Shown: one piece after another, positions 1-14,949 of the stretch
Numbering within the stretch: position 1 is the stretch's first letter
Layout: every line of letters begins with the position of its first letter
From: Laetmonice hystrix
Lineage: Eukaryota
Assembly: GCA_965235115.1 (NCBI GenBank)
Contig: OZ249436.1
Location: 13,640,001 to 13,704,000, forward strand
Direction: 5' to 3'
DNA: 64,000 nt
Translations under genes and position numbers: made by a program
The notes under the pieces: model-generated
What the model was told of the DNA's origin: nothing
The model's database searches: none
The model's input: only the letters and a program-made list of their open reading frames with translations

Positions 1-447
1 TTAAAGTTTCAGAGTCAGGGCGCTACCAAATGCCGAAATACACTGACACTGCATAGTATCATGACGCTGAATGTATTTTATGTCCTGCTTTAACAAAGCA
101 TACCCTATTTAACGAACTCTCATGATGAGAAACCAGTGACCAGACGTCAGATAGGAAAGTACCATTTAGCCGGTCAAAAATCAATCTTGAAACTCATTAA
201 TCCCAATTAGTCGGTGGGTGGGAGTAAGTGGAGTGAGGACTGTGTACGTAGAGGTGGTGAAGAAATCGATGTACCTACAGTACACGCACCACGCCAAATT
301 AATGTTTTCTTTTACCGGATTGGTCCTCCCTCTGTCCATCTTACTTGAGAGGCGGGCCCTGATTTCATTCTGTGGTCTGGGAAGGTGTCATGGAGGTGTA
401 GCTCCCATACATATTGAGTGGTCTCCATCGATAATCAGGTCTATGGG

Positions 448-621
448 CAGGGGCGGACCTAGGTTTTTTCTAAGGGGGGGGGGGGGGTTACAGAGACGCC
501 AACAGTGCCGAGCTCGCGAAGCGAGGGAGCCCTAACAGGTGGGGTCCAGTAGGCGCTTTTAATTGGTGGCTCTGAGGGGGGGGGGGGGTAAACCCCCTGA
601 GCCCCCCTGGATCCGTCAGTG
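448..621. mobile_element. MITE-like element with imperfect TIRs (CAGGGGCGGACCTAGG ... CCTGGATCCGTCAGTG), internal poly-G tracts and a 6-bp target-site duplication TATGGG
   Basis: The inverted termini are visible directly. tatggg flanks both ends (442-447 and 622-627). Confidence 0.75.
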
Positions 622-3600
622 TATGGGGTATAGCGCAGCCTGAACGACCGTCGTATACATGTGGCTACTAATGCAGGATTTATAGTGAGGAGCTATAGAA
701 GTTATATAGTAACGGGAATGTCAAACTTACCAAAACTTACTTCTGGTATGTACATGAGCCTTCTCTCATTTTGTAAATATCCGAGTTAGAATTGCCTTGT
801 TTTTCTGTTCATTGGACGCTCAGGTCAGGGACTTTTGAATTTCCAGGGATGGGGATCATGAAGTAACCGTTACCTGCTTCGTGTGGAAAGGAGAAAGAGT
901 GTTCTGATGGCCGAGAACATGTTTCCTCAGCACTGATACCATTTCACACTTAACCGTGCAGGGGTACGAGTTCTATGGTCGGACGAACGGCAGGTTTCCA
1001 GCCCAGGGATGAGAACTTCTGTCAGTGGGAACCCAGGCGGTGATAGAAGGTACTACAGTGCCGTCTTGATAGCAGGTCATGTAAGATTGCATCTGTCATA
1101 CGGTCTATGTGGAACAGAAACGGTACAGCTGATCAATGCCAGCCCCAGCCGGTGAAGTTGTTATACTGAAGCAAGCGAACTGCATCCGATTTTTCACATG
1201 TAACACTCCCCAATTAATAAACATATAAAGTAAAAAAAGGGGAAGCTGGAATCTAATTTAGGGTGTGATTTATGAGGTATGAGGTTTATTTAGCTGGTTG
1301 ACTTAACCGGCAACATCAGTTGACTTATAATGATAGTATTTCCATGATCGCTGTATTTAATTAGGGAAGAGGGGAAACAAATAGAAAGTAACGTTTGCTT
1401 GCAGCCTTTCATATATGTTTCATATCTGTTTAAAGGATGTGTAATGAAATCAACGATAGTATTTATCGTGTTCCTTAAATCGGGGAAGAGCAAAATTTCC
1501 CGTTCCGCCCCTCACCCCCCTCAATTCAGGCGGCAATGACACATACTATCTTAGATCTCGTGGCGAAATGAGAACTTCAAAGCCAAAACTCCATGACTGC
1601 AAATTTCCCTGACAGGTTTACGATACAATTACTATTGTCTATCACATAATAATGGGCTCAAGAGCCGTCTATCGATACGGGATCCTGTCAGCCTCAGCGA
1701 CATCTAGCCATGATGTACGATTTACATCCATTATCTAGATGAAAGCAAAAGTAGGGAAATGATTCGATCTACCTGTGCGAAACTCCATTTCGTCTGAACA
1801 TTGTAGTGGCGAGCGGCAGCGATATTGACCGCAGCACGGCGGCACAACATCAGACAGACGTATCATCCGGTGACCTAACATCGAGTAATTGAACAATGAA
1901 TGAGTCACTTCAGAACAACTCTAACAAATGTCTCACAATGTAATATAATTGGGGTTGTGGTCTCAGGAGTAGCAGCGCCAATTTGACATTGGCTCGCAGG
2001 TGGAAAACTTCTTGCATTGCATGCCTCGAAGTTCCAGGGACTATTCTAGAATGTACGTGTAGAAAAACAACGCCTTTCTGCACTCTTGACTAGTTTGTCT
2101 CAAAAATCAAGAAAAAAGGGGCAAAACAATGACCCCAATCTTCCGAACAATGCTTGATCCATTGGCAGGGCGCGTAATGCGATGGAAGCCGCCAGTTTTC
2201 TCCAATCTGGTACACCAGACCTCGGCAATAGTTTATGTAGGTATAAGAAAATCAAGGTTAAATGAGGTCGGGTATGAAGGCAGTCGCCTGCACATTTTAC
2301 GACTTAGTTGTAGATGGAAAATTAACTATTAATCTTGATGAACCACAGGAGTCAGAGCATACCACTGATGTCATCAATATATCGTGTTTACATTGTCAGC
2401 AGGGCCGTCCAATGACTGTGTAGAACTTTTTGTTTGGCTCATTACATGTCACTTTGAAATCCGCGGCCGCCCATCACCAAGTTCTTTATTGACGCCGTAA
2501 ACGTGGTTTTTCACCAAAGAGAGTATTGTGGAACTTTTTTGCGGCGATTCTACACATACTGGCCGCTTCGTTAATCTCTCAATTCTTTGGGGGAAAGGCA
2601 ACTCAGACACACCAGATCAAATCAACATGAATTTGTTATGAATTCGAAGAGAAACTGCGCGTGTCTGGTCGTGAATCAAATCAAATTAGTGTTTTATCGT
2701 TCCACCCCTGCTATAACTAGGCCTACTCTTCAAAACGTATACATATAGGTGACATGCGGAAAAACCTTAGTACGTCACGAGAGAAAAAGTCAGTGAACTG
2801 ATTCTAGTGACCTCATGGTGTCGCAGAATTACGGCGCGCTGTCCCAATGACGTGTAAGCCCTTGATTGTTTATTGGTCAGGCCGAGAGTGAGGGCACAAA
2901 GGTGAACCGTACTACGTCACGCTCTAACCCCTACACAGGGTGACACAGGGAATGCCACCGACTACACGGCTACACGGTTTCTGAGAGATGCTCATGCCCC
3001 ATTGTTATAAAGATTGGGTTTCTCTTGCGTGCAGGAAATCGTGTGTTTGCTGGAAGTGGCATTACGAACAAAGGCAGCGGATGTGGGACGGCGGTATCGT
3101 GAGCTTGGCCTATGTCTGAGTGACTAACACTATGACAACACGAAGATATGATATTGGGAAGGCAGGAAACAGTTCTGTGAAGGAGTTAAATGAACAGATC
3201 ACCGAGAGTGCCAGAACGATACACGCATTACAAAATAGGGCGGATATAGGAATTTGTAGGTGACATCTTTGCTTGATTGAGAGACAAAAAGCTGAAGGGG
3301 GATGCGCGCACCATCTTTCAGTCTGAGATCCCCCTGAATCCGCCACGGTTTCCAAGCGCTAGGCCTACCTTAGATCACTGTGTTCTATTAGCTACAGCAG
3401 GATGTAGGTTACATTAAACTTGGTTGTTTCTGTGACAGTCCCCACTTGCACATCGTGCGTTGTTGCCTTATCTGGCCAACGGGCCTACTGGGTAATTACA
3501 AGCCTACTTATCTCGTGCGCTGAAGGAATTCGTATCTGTAACTGATAAACGGAATCCTTTTGAGACAAACAACGAACAGCGCAGACTCTGACAGACTGCC

Positions 3601-4869
3601 TTACCAAAACAGGGTTGTACCACATAAATATGGATTCCTTAAGAGCCTCCCTAAACTCCCAAAATCTTTCATTTAACGAAGGATAAATCTTTGAAAGTAT
3701 CGTTAGGTTTAATCTACCGGGATATGTTATGAGAGGCAATGATTCCGTTTCCAAAGGATTGGACAGAAGATTTTTGCGTGGATTCAATGCCGAGTGTAAG
3801 TAAACAAATGGGGTTCCATAACTCACCAACTCAGTACATTGTCATTAAGCTCTATCTTACCGGAGTCTACTATGTTGAAGGATTTAAAGCGACACTCTCG
3901 TTCTTCAACATTGTGCGATAGGGAGAGGCTCCTCCTAACGGTGGATGTGCTATTTATAGACATCAGTTCCTATTGTACAGCATAGGATGGTCGTAGTTAT
4001 CAAATATGCCACTAGGTGGCTGCAAGCATGGTCGAGCGGACGAGACTGTCGCTTTAAACAATTCTTTTAGACAACGTCTCTAAGGTATCAGATATTGATA
4101 TGCTAGATTTGCGCCTTGATTTAGTCTTGGCTTCCATGACGTAGGGTATCTCAAGAGTATACCTTAACAGGAACAACCGAAGGCTTCAATATTATAACTT
4201 GTGTGCCTTCATCTGTGAACGCATCCACACACCATCTTTTGAAAATGAAAGGACATAAAATCTATCATGAAATGCGCATACATATGGCTTGCACAAATAT
4301 GCCTTGTTAGGAAACCCATCTGCTGTCTTGACATTGGAGAAAGGGGCACGCTATCCAGACGGCTACATCATTGTGAGCGACACGTTTTCCACATCACAAA
4401 TGTCACATTGTCAGGCTATTATCGCGCCGGTTGACAGCCTGCCGTGGTTCTCCTGTCAACCAATTACTGCGCTCAATGTACCCCATCACCTCTACAAGCG
4501 AACGCCTACCGCTCCCAAGCTACCCCCAAGAAAATAGTCCAACTTTCACGATGATTTATTCATCAGGGTCGGAGAGGTCGCGTCATGGATAGGCAGGGGC
4601 AATAATATTATCACGTGGTGACACGAATTTAAGGCATGACCTTACTGGCGGGGTCAAATATATAATAATAACCCCAAACTGAATGTTTTCGGTCCTGCTT
4701 GATGCATGGGACCGTTTGTCCAGATATAAATGGCGGGTGCTTGGCCTCAAGAGGTTGTAAGACGGTAACGGCGCAGCGCTCTGTGACCACATGTAGTTTT
4801 ACCTTCAATAAAACATCCCATTCGTTATTCCCTCATACTGCAGACTGGCAGTTCGATTAAAGGCGCTGA

Positions 4870-4870
4870 C

Positions 4871-4916
<46 letters not shown>
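4870..4916. repeat. (GTCT)n microsatellite, about 12 units
   Basis: Direct reading of the sequence. Confidence 0.95.
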
Positions 4917-4917
<1 letters not shown>

Positions 4918-6462
4918 TACCAGGGTCATCGCAGACTGTACAATCATGTTGCAAGTCCCCGAATAGACTCAAAACCCAGGGGAAACCCAAATGGAAATAT
5001 ACAAAGGGGTCATGCCGAATTAACACATTTTCAAGGATAGTCAAAATCGTTAAGGCACTAGCTGTGAATCGGTAACATTGCCTGTGTCTTTAATATGTAT
5101 TTTTCTCAGACGTAGAAACAATAATAACAGACGCCAGTATTCTCTCAGACGCCAACAACAAAGGAAACTGGGCTTCTGGCGGTTGTGTTTAATCAGAAGA
5201 CCTTGGTTAGACAAGCACCGTGATTCGTAGTCCAATTATCCGTTTCATTTCCACCGTAATTGGAAGGCCCCGGCACGGAACGCTCTACCTGTGCACTAAT
5301 TCCTCCCTAGATGGCGCTGTTTGCCGGATATTGTGGCGATCATAACAATACCCACAATGCCGCTCGATCGATGTTGACCGCCTTCGACATGGCGGATCGT
5401 AACTTTGACTCATTCCTGTACGTATGGCAATCTGATTATACTGGCAGACACTCGTGATCAGATCACGCCTTCTGGACGTTCTGAAGTGTGACTATACATG
5501 TACATCATGAAATACTAGAGGTGGTTAACTGCCAGTCTTTTCGTTCTATTGGAGCGAGCACGTACCGCTTTAAGCAACAGACTGTATGGCCTTTTGAAAA
5601 CAATTTTGTTACAACTTTAAGCTGTTCACAAAAATCCTGCCACCGGGAGGTATATCTGTGCTCTTTGCGAAAATAATGTCACGGTTATTTATACACCAAG
5701 CCAAGGCTGGATATAAAGAGCCGTTGATGAGTCAGTTTAGGAACATTGAACATGCAAATTTGTAAAATGAAAGTACTCAAAGCCATCCATGCCATAAAGG
5801 TTATTCTGCGACCCTCAACCACTTCACCATACCAGCCTTCGCCCCACTCGTTGCCTCTTATATACAGCCAGGGGTGGAGGCTGAAGCCCATCCTTACCCC
5901 TGTTCCAACGGGATCTTTATCAGGAACCAATAGGCAAACACCGTGTCTTTAAGAAGCAGTCCGTGTCCTGAGGAATTGTATAACAAGAGCAGACAATTTA
6001 TAAAATAGATTTATTATTTTTGAAACATAAGTGCTGGCCACCTCTGTCTGGAGTCTTGTTTTTTTTTTAGATAAACAGACTTCGATAAAATCGGATATTC
6101 TGTGTTTTGAAAAAGGATATTCTCGGAGACATGTGTGACGTTGGTGTGTGGAAGACACCACTATAGCACTATAGATAAGTGAAGAGAGACTTTTCTTGGC
6201 GTGCGATAAAGGCAGATGTTGTCACGTAAGAAACAGTGGAGAAAATCTCTTAACGAACAAAACGGTCGGTCGGAGTAACAAACGTTAGTTGTTCACCATT
6301 CTTCCTATGTGCTCCATTCGTGTTGAGGCCTTGCACAGTGTATTCACGGCCTACGTGAGGGCCGAATAACGTGCGGCGCTATTCAAAAACACATTTTTTG
6401 ATCGAATGTGCGGTCACCAACTTGGCGTTGCTGTGAAAAGAAAGGCTGAATTATCTCTTGCA

Positions 6463-6713
6463 TCACCTCTCCTGAATGGTTCTTAATTTGAATGTGTCGA
6501 CAAGGAAGGAGAGCAAGAGGATGTACAAGAGCCAGTAACGCCCGCTGTAGTCGGCATTGATTTTGGATTGAGGCAACTGCATGATGTGCCGGTAAGACAG
6601 AGTGTTGGTATTGGGCGCAGGGCTGGCCACTGACAGGGAGACAGAGGCGAGAGACTGGCACGGCCCCCGCAATGTCTCAACTGTTCTCAGCAGCCACTGA
6701 CATACAACACCAG
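6463..6713 (-). CDS. Possible terminal exon of an unidentified minus-strand gene, with a hydrophobic C-terminal segment (GPI-signal or TM-like: ...SGRYWLLYILLLSFLVDTFKLRTIQER*)
   Basis: Open frame with many C-ending codons and a weak acceptor (gattatcag) near 6713. No family recognised and no partner exons confirmed. Confidence 0.25.
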
Positions 6714-9161
6714 CTGATAATCAATGCACACTTCCGAGACGCCATATAAGTATTATGTAGGGGTTATCTGTGCGTGTAATACTGCATGATGAGGAATCTA
6801 TGGCAGGAAATATGTCAGGGATGGCACCATGTCTATACGTGCCATTGCCATTGATTTCCGTGTTACGGAGAAATTTAGTTTGCTGGCCTAAAACAACCAT
6901 GACTGGGCAAAAGGGCAGTATACGCGCGAAATAGACTCGAATACTAGAATTTCCCGCTTGTCGTGGTACCATGAGTCTGAAAACTACTTTTTCTTTTTCC
7001 GATATATTTATAATAACTGCAAACTGTCCAGTTAATGTTTAAGTGAGCCTAGTAAAGGAAGGAAATTATTGGTAAGCACAATGATTCCGTGTTTGTAGAC
7101 CCTGAAAGTTTTATACAGTGTTCTTCTCTGGGCGGCAGTTGACTTAGATCGAATATTCTGCCTTCCTGTCATATAAAGGTTATGTTTATCTCCTTACTTT
7201 CGCCAGAATATATGTTTGCTTCACAGTATTGCTTATGAGTGTGTTTGTGTGGGCACATTGATTTCCGTGTCGTTGATGTCGTCGGTGGAGCTGAGTCTGA
7301 GGAATACCGTTATTTGGGCAGTCCGTCAAGCTGGGCCCAAACTTCTGCGGCCACAATCTCCGGTCATTGGCCATGTCCCTATGATATTGGCGTCAACTCG
7401 CACTGGTCACCGGCCTCGCAGGTCACAACTCATTGTGCTTTTCAACCAATATATTGGGCCCGGCTGGGGCCACGCGGACACGGCCAGTGGGCGACGATGG
7501 CGCCGATATCGAACCAGAAGGGGCCGTGTTAGAGTCACTCAATACGGTCGTGGCTCAGCCTCAGACTAATCCTCGAGGGACAAGTCGAAGAAAATACCAC
7601 CCCATTCTAGCAAATGTGACCCTCATTTTCCCGTGAACGAGCGTCAAGAATTAGCATGCACGTATTAGTGTCAAACACAAGACCCCCATTTCTTGTCAGA
7701 CATTTTGACATTTTTAGGCGCGCGAAACCTTCGTGTCATTACATGTCTGAGGTGCAAGACAAGTAAAGGAAGTGTTATATCATAGTGGTTTTGATATTCC
7801 GAAAAGAAGATGCAGAAATTTGTTCAGTGCAAGTAATTCGTGTCAGAAATTTAAAATCTTCTCTTCAGAAATGTCCCGTTGCGGCCCATCCAGGACTTAG
7901 TATTTGAGACAAGCTAGACGGAGCGGCTGGGTCGTGACAGAGTTACGCGCTGGATGGGGCTCAGTCGCCGAAATCCACGGATATGTTAATATCATCGTGA
8001 TTTCAAATCCTCTACCGGTTGGCTGGCTGTATTCTGATTGCAAGCGATTAAGTTATAGTGTTGTCCATTTCACTCACGCACGAGGGAACATGTTATTGGA
8101 GGCCCATGATACATAGCGTATCATATATTCAGGAGTGTATAAAATAGGCTATGTATAGGCATAAATCAGACAGTGTCAGAGAACCTTCAATAACGAGTCT
8201 TACTAAGAATGTTAATGATTCTAAACGGACAAGATGTTTTATCCAAATTCTAAATTGTCCACATGTTCAGTCTCTGGATAATTACACTTGTCAAGTGTTC
8301 CTATGGCTTGGGTTGAAAGAAATACATTGTACGTACAATTTTCATGCCCGGTCCGTTTTAGGTAATTTAGGTACAGTACGTTTTTAGGTAATTTAGTACA
8401 TTTATGTTGTAAATTGGGACCGGATAATGTGTCCGTTATATCCGTTTGCTCGTTACATCCGTGTCCGTTATATTCGATGTTTATATTGCCATGACGTACT
8501 GTATCTTACGTATATCCTACATGTGACAATGTATAATGACTCAATGAACATTTGGTCACAATCATGAATTCCCTTTCTGATAAATGCAGTTCCACATGGA
8601 AGTGTTATACACTGTAGAAAGTACAAGTGTGTTTTTGCGCGACAGCATCTATAGTCCCAGCCAGTGACGTCATTGGGGTATTATCGCTAGAAACAAAAGC
8701 CAGGATTTAATGGGGGGATAGACAAAAGGACAGGCAATCAAGGTGATTATTGGGATGTTCGATGAAAGCATGACCGGCTATAATTATTTTCATGTTTCCG
8801 ATCCCCGAATAGATCGGAGATTTAGGCGTTCATACATAATTTAGGCCTGTAGCAATGAATGACACTGTTCACTAGATGCTGAATGATTGTAGCGTCCTTA
8901 GAAAGATGCTGGATCTATCGGCGGCTGACAAGTGTCTCTGACAACCGGCCAGATGACATTGAATAATGGTTGAGTGGCCAGTAAAGTTAACAACGCGTTC
9001 ATTTTGAAAAGGCTGTGTTAGAATGCCGTGGGGCCTTGCTGACAAATGATGCCTGTATATGCGGAGTGACTGCGCCTTTGATCAGGTGGATCGAAAGTCG
9101 GGAAAGAAGGATTGGTATCGTGCATACGAGGCGTGGCTGTTCTTCACCGAGTGTAAACTAG

Positions 9162-9215
9162 CGGTGTTTATGAAACCAGTCCTTACGGTGTTTATGAAAC
9201 CAGTCCTTACGGTGT
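9162..9215. repeat. 24-nt tandem duplication (cggtgtttatgaaaccagtcctta x2)
   Basis: Direct reading of the sequence. Confidence 0.85.
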
Positions 9216-12200
9216 CATCGCCTCAACTCCCTATTTGGATAGCCATAGTTTTTACGGTACTTTGAGAAGAGCCCTTGGGGTGTTTATGCCTGGGTTCATA
9301 TGGCCGTCGTTATAAATACAACATGGTTGGGGAGAGAAAAGAATATGATTGTCTTAGTAATGGAAGTTGTGTTGAAATAATCGACATGGGAATCATGATG
9401 GCACGCAATGGTTCCCGGCTTTCGTCGTGAGACGGTGTACACTCACTGGGTAATCCCGCCATGATTGGGTCAGGCTTGGGGGTATACATCGAATCGAAAG
9501 TATGAACTCTGGTACGCGGAATAGACACACATTCACTAACTATAACTGGCTGTTTTTACCACAGCGCATTTCCAGTTCATTTGAGAGACCTATTCAGTAG
9601 CCCCATGTCTGTGCCAATATGTACCAGCTCGCATTTCTCTCGCCCGGTTGTGCGTGCATTTCGACGGCAAGAAGGCGTTGCATGTGCACATTGTGTTCCT
9701 GTTTTGGTGACTTGCAGGCCTAACAGGCTCTCCAAATATCAACTGATACGTTTTGTGTTTTACATGTTATCGATTTGACAGCAAGTCATTTCGTAAAACT
9801 AGATTTTACACCAACTCAACAACAACAAAGTGTGATTTCGGAAACCGGATGTGTTAGAAGCTGTCTAGACATGTCCGGTGTATATCTCGGACGGGCCGTG
9901 AGAAACACAAACAGTTCTCACAATATTATCTTAAATACCAAAAACAAGACAATATTCAAAGTGTGTAATATCTCGTGAAACACAGTCCAAGATAGATTGT
10001 CTCATCAAGGATATCTTGAGTGGTATTGGCCTACTGCATTCGCGGACTGCTGCAATGAGAACCCCTCCCTTTTATTTTTGATTCAACTTTAAGATATTTA
10101 AAAAATAAATAAATAGAAAGATGACACGGCATCTGCATGACGTATTGTGCACTCAGTAGAAGGAAAGCTTCGACTAACCAACAAAATGATGTGTTTTGTT
10201 TTGCATTAATCCAACTCAATTTGACCAAATCTAGGACATCATCGATTTCAGACAGTCGATCCATATTCGGCATGAAATACACGTAATGTGGTGAGATGCC
10301 TCTGCTCAAAATGATGTAGATTATTCAGGGTCGGAAGATAAGAGATCAGGTTTGTGCAAGTATACTCTTTATCATCGCGTTATATTCGGGATAACTTGTC
10401 AGTTAGGACTGCAGGCCATGGCCTTAAACTGCGTGTATAGACCAGCCAGTTACCAAAGACGACTTGTAAAACACCCATACATCTTCTCACCTGTTAGTCA
10501 TCATTCCCGAGACAGAAACAAATATTAGAATTGTCCCACAGTGGGCGTCCTTCTATAGGCTCACAGCGAGCTGTTAGCGACATAAACGTAAACACGTCAG
10601 AGATCTGATGATTATGTATGTAAATATAAAGTCATGTTTACTGAGTACGTAATAGAACAAATGACCAATCTTTCATGAATACCATCTTTGTATGGGCGGT
10701 ATAAGTTTGGGGCTCAACTAAATTTGATCACCTGGTATATTCACCTTGAAATTAAATTTATCATTCGAATGTATGTACGTAAATCAAAAGAAAAAAGGAA
10801 AAACTTTAATTCTACATAATGTGGGATGTGGGATGTAGTAAAATGTTTAAGTATATTAAAAAGACGAAATAAAATAAAATAAAACAATCGATATGTATTT
10901 ATATCAAATATATTAGGAAATCAATCATGAGTTATCCGGAGAGGATCTTTGACAAAGAAATTATCGGATAATCCAAAAGATCTATTATTGAAGTGTTTTC
11001 CAGATCTGCAAAATAATGCTTTCCATTCTGAAATATCGAGAAAACATTTGGGATGCCATGGGCCAAATAAATTATCTACGGGATTTTATTGATGTTTGCC
11101 ATTTGGCATCGACAAAAAATCTCCATCTCTTGATGGCTTAAAGACGAAAGAGGACGAAATAATCAGTTTGGGGAGAGATTCAGATAGTCATACCTTGTGG
11201 TTATGCGTTTCGTCTTAAATGATTCAATTGATGACGCATAAAAATGAGAGATTTGCATCCGTGCAATTCCCTGAGCTGTAGTCTTTGTCGTTAAAGAAGG
11301 CACAGTAAAAACTTCTTTTACAGAGTCCATGGCATTGCCATGGCTACAGAGCGAAGACCTTGCGATTCTCACACCCACACAAAGAATATGTTAACATTCC
11401 CACAAGTGTAAATTCATATTTCGAGTTGACATCGCTCTTTCGATGTATAATTTACATGGGTACACAATCAACTTTCTAAATATGTAAATCTACCGGACAC
11501 ATACATTTGCCGAGTTCTGTTGTATCACACTAAAAGTTTGCTGAGAAAAACTATGCGTCTGTTGGGTCAGGGTTAAATGTTTTATGTGCAATACTTATGT
11601 CACAATGTATGGTTCTTCTTTCAGTACCAGCAAGGGATATGAGGACGTAGAGGTCATGATATTGCGCGCACACACACACGGACACACCCACACGGCTCTG
11701 GGAGGGGACGGGGAGGATATGGGTGACTCTAACACAATAAACGTTTGTGGTAGCCCGTTATATAGCAGACGACGAGGGACGTTTGTGAACCAAGGAGTGA
11801 TCCTGATATCGGACGCCGTCAAGTTGACATCGCACAAAGTATATTGATATAGTCGGTTGGTGTCCCACAGGAATACAGCGGAAAATCTTATTGACACACA
11901 GGTATCAAACAGGCTTCTGTTTGCAGGAGATCGGCAATGCTGATTTCTGAACCGTAAAAAAATAAGATATACTAGGTACAAGTTAGTTATGCTTCTTATA
12001 TTAGGCCTAGCCTCCTTCCTTTGTGACATGTATGTAGCGCCAAATGATTGAAAGTACTAATTTGTGATTTTTATGAGGGATTGGGTTAAGAGATTCAATA
12101 AAACGCTTCGATGTTATATTCATACTTGTCTCGGGCAAAATGAATGTATACGGAGAGCTCTGTATATGCAAATCAAGTCATGAATATGTAAGACATGATA

Positions 12201-14949
12201 TCATTTGTCAGACGTGCGTTTTTGTCGGCATCGACAGCTTCTGTTGACCATGTAGGCTTGTGTCAACAGTACTGAGATTCCTGCTATCGAAATATTTACC
12301 ATTGTCTCTGCCATTTCAAATGAAAATCTACTTTATATGTCGATCAGGAATGACCGATTCAAATAACAGATTGTGCAAAAGGAGCAGTAAAAGAAATTTG
12401 CCCGATCTCTGATCCCATTCGAGTGGAAACCGGAAGTAAACTGACTCCCATCTGTCATGACATCCGTGTCCACGTCGGGTTGAGCAGAACGTACGGAACG
12501 GTCATATAGAAAAAAGACGCACTTTCCTTGTAACAGGCTCCCTAACCTTCGTGCGTATTTTCTACTTCATGCGAGCATTCTGATCTCATAATGGTGCGTG
12601 GCATGTAGCACTCAAGTACTAAGGGCTGAGAAAAACCTGTCACGATTTGAAAACACGTACACGATGGCTTACACATGTGTAATCTTGCTGCTATAAAACC
12701 ATCTTTGTTTTCACTTACCATCTTTGTTTCCACTTATTTTGTTTTAAGATTCCTTGCTATACCTGGGGTTGTAATACTATACTTGGGTGTATACGTGTGA
12801 GATTGGGAGTGATGTGTCCTACCTCAGTAACAGCACAGATCATGGTGAGGTGGTCAGTTTTACTGATAGAGGAAACAAGCGTACCCGGGGAAACCACCGA
12901 CCTTGCAAAAACCTGATAAACTTTCTCACATGCATGCATATATACGGACTCGAGTGAAAAGCAACAGAATTACAAACCAATGCCTGACTATGGAGATTTA
13001 GCACATGCCTATTTTTGGGTGGGAAGTGAAGGAATTTTGCAGTCAAATGTTTAATGTCTGACTTTTCCGAGTATTGCCATAAGAGTTTCAAACGCCCAAT
13101 TGGTACATTATTATACTGTTGTAAAGGAATTCTGATACTCTGTACTTTTAGCAGTGCTCTCTATAGGGACAATAATAATGACTTGCGCTATAAAAGATAG
13201 TCAACCAAAGATGGTGAACCAAAGGATGTATAAAACATGCCATTACTAGGTTATTCGTCATTAAAATATGCATGAATACAAAGTTAATATTTATGTTTAA
13301 TCGACTGTTCTTTGAGAAGAGGAAGAGGCGGTTGATGTTTTTGGTTAGTGTCAGTTCGTTGCTACCATTCTGGTTGAGAAGGTAGTCAGCGATGCCGGGA
13401 GTAGCCGGGAGTGTTGGAAGTACAATGGAGGAACCCTTTCACTGTTGGCCACCAATCACGCCATCGCCATTACCCAAGCATTAGCAGAACTATTGATCAC
13501 GATGTTCTGTCGGGTGGTGGCGCTCCAGTCGCCGGCCAGCCGGACGGAGACAGTAGCCGGCCCACGACACGCCCGGCAGACTGCGAAAGGGCCGAGGGCG
13601 GGCAGTGCACGAGAGTCTACCGAGAAACGTGCGAACTCGGCCCTGTACCCGGGAGGCACCTGACCGACGGCATACCACATAGAGATACAGCCGTGTAACT
13701 CCACCCGCACGTACATCTGCCGTCTACTTGCGTGTCTCCTGCACCATCGCATGCGTAGTGTGGAGAATGGAGCACAGTTTGGTAGTGCTCATTGCCCACC
13801 CATACCTGACAATAAGGACCAACCATCCCAGCCAAGCATCGCATCCTCTAATTGTATACATTTCTACCACTGTATACCACTGATCGATGCGATGCTTGCA
13901 TGGGACGTCTTCAAGTCAATTAAGTATAACGAAAGTCCCCCCTCTCATAAATAACAGTTACTGAAAGGTTTTTTTTGTAGAGTAAGCGTAATCAATGGCG
14001 TCCACATGTATACATGCTCTTTAATCTCTTTCTTTGCAGTTCCGTGGATAATAACAGCGAACTGATGAGAAATGAGACAAACTGGCCATTGCCGACTTCT
14101 GTTCCTCCAACTAACCACAAAGAAACGCAAGGCAGCTGAACAGGCCGCTTTGCCTTGGACGAGTTCTACGAACCTTCATCCATGATCGGATTGTAAGGAA
14201 GGACGCTACGCTAGATTTGTATTCACCTGAACATAAAGAACAAGTTCGAACACTGCTTTCTAACATTCCAAGGATCTTCAGACGTTTCCAGTGAAGCCTG
14301 TAGCAGCAGGAAGAGCAGCCAAACGTTCGTTCTGTATGTTTGTGTGTTTCTGTCGGTCGGGACGAGGATTTTTCACGGGATTTAGAATTCTTGGAGGCAT
14401 GCGCATAAGGTGGCCCCGTGGGGGTCTGACGGGTGGCACACCTTGCTGTCTATGGGCTGGCTGTGGAGGATCGTAGGCATCACGGCACGGTTGTAGGCCT
14501 ACTGAGCAAGTGTGCGCGCAGCGGGCACTCAACGCCATGGGTCCTACCGACAGTTTGAACGGACCAGACGAAGGTAAGAGGGGCAGCAGACAGGTCACTC
14601 TGCCTGTTCTCTTCTAGTTACTACTATTACTCCTACAACTTCTACCACCACAACCACCCCTACCACTGGTAGACTACCACCACTACGAGCAGCACCAGCA
14701 GTAGAAGAAACGACGTGGCTAGTTTCCTGGGACACTAACGTTACATATTTATCTGTCCGTCTGGCACCCGTCGGTTCCAGTTCTGTCGGCAGGGCCGTTA
14801 GTGATGGTTCTTGCAGGAGTCGTCAGTCATACTTACCCCAATCACGGAACACTAGTACTACAACGACAAGAGGAGTGTCAGCACTGTGCGCAGCCTGGGT
14901 AGGAAACTTGGAGTGATACTTCAACAGTAATCAAATTTCTACCGTAACG

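Noticed and set aside
6489-6632. Plus-strand VVGIDFGL motif resembling the TnpB/Fanzor RuvC-I or Hsp70 motif
   Set aside because: The frame is only about 47 codons between stops, no other RuvC or Hsp70 motifs are nearby, and it is the antisense of the more coding-like minus frame.
14574-14670. Donor at 14574 and acceptor at 14617 followed by a Thr-rich mini-exon (TTITPTTSTTTTTPTT)
   Set aside because: The implied intron is only 44 nt, no coherent upstream frame exists, and the stretch is better explained as ACT/ACC simple sequence.
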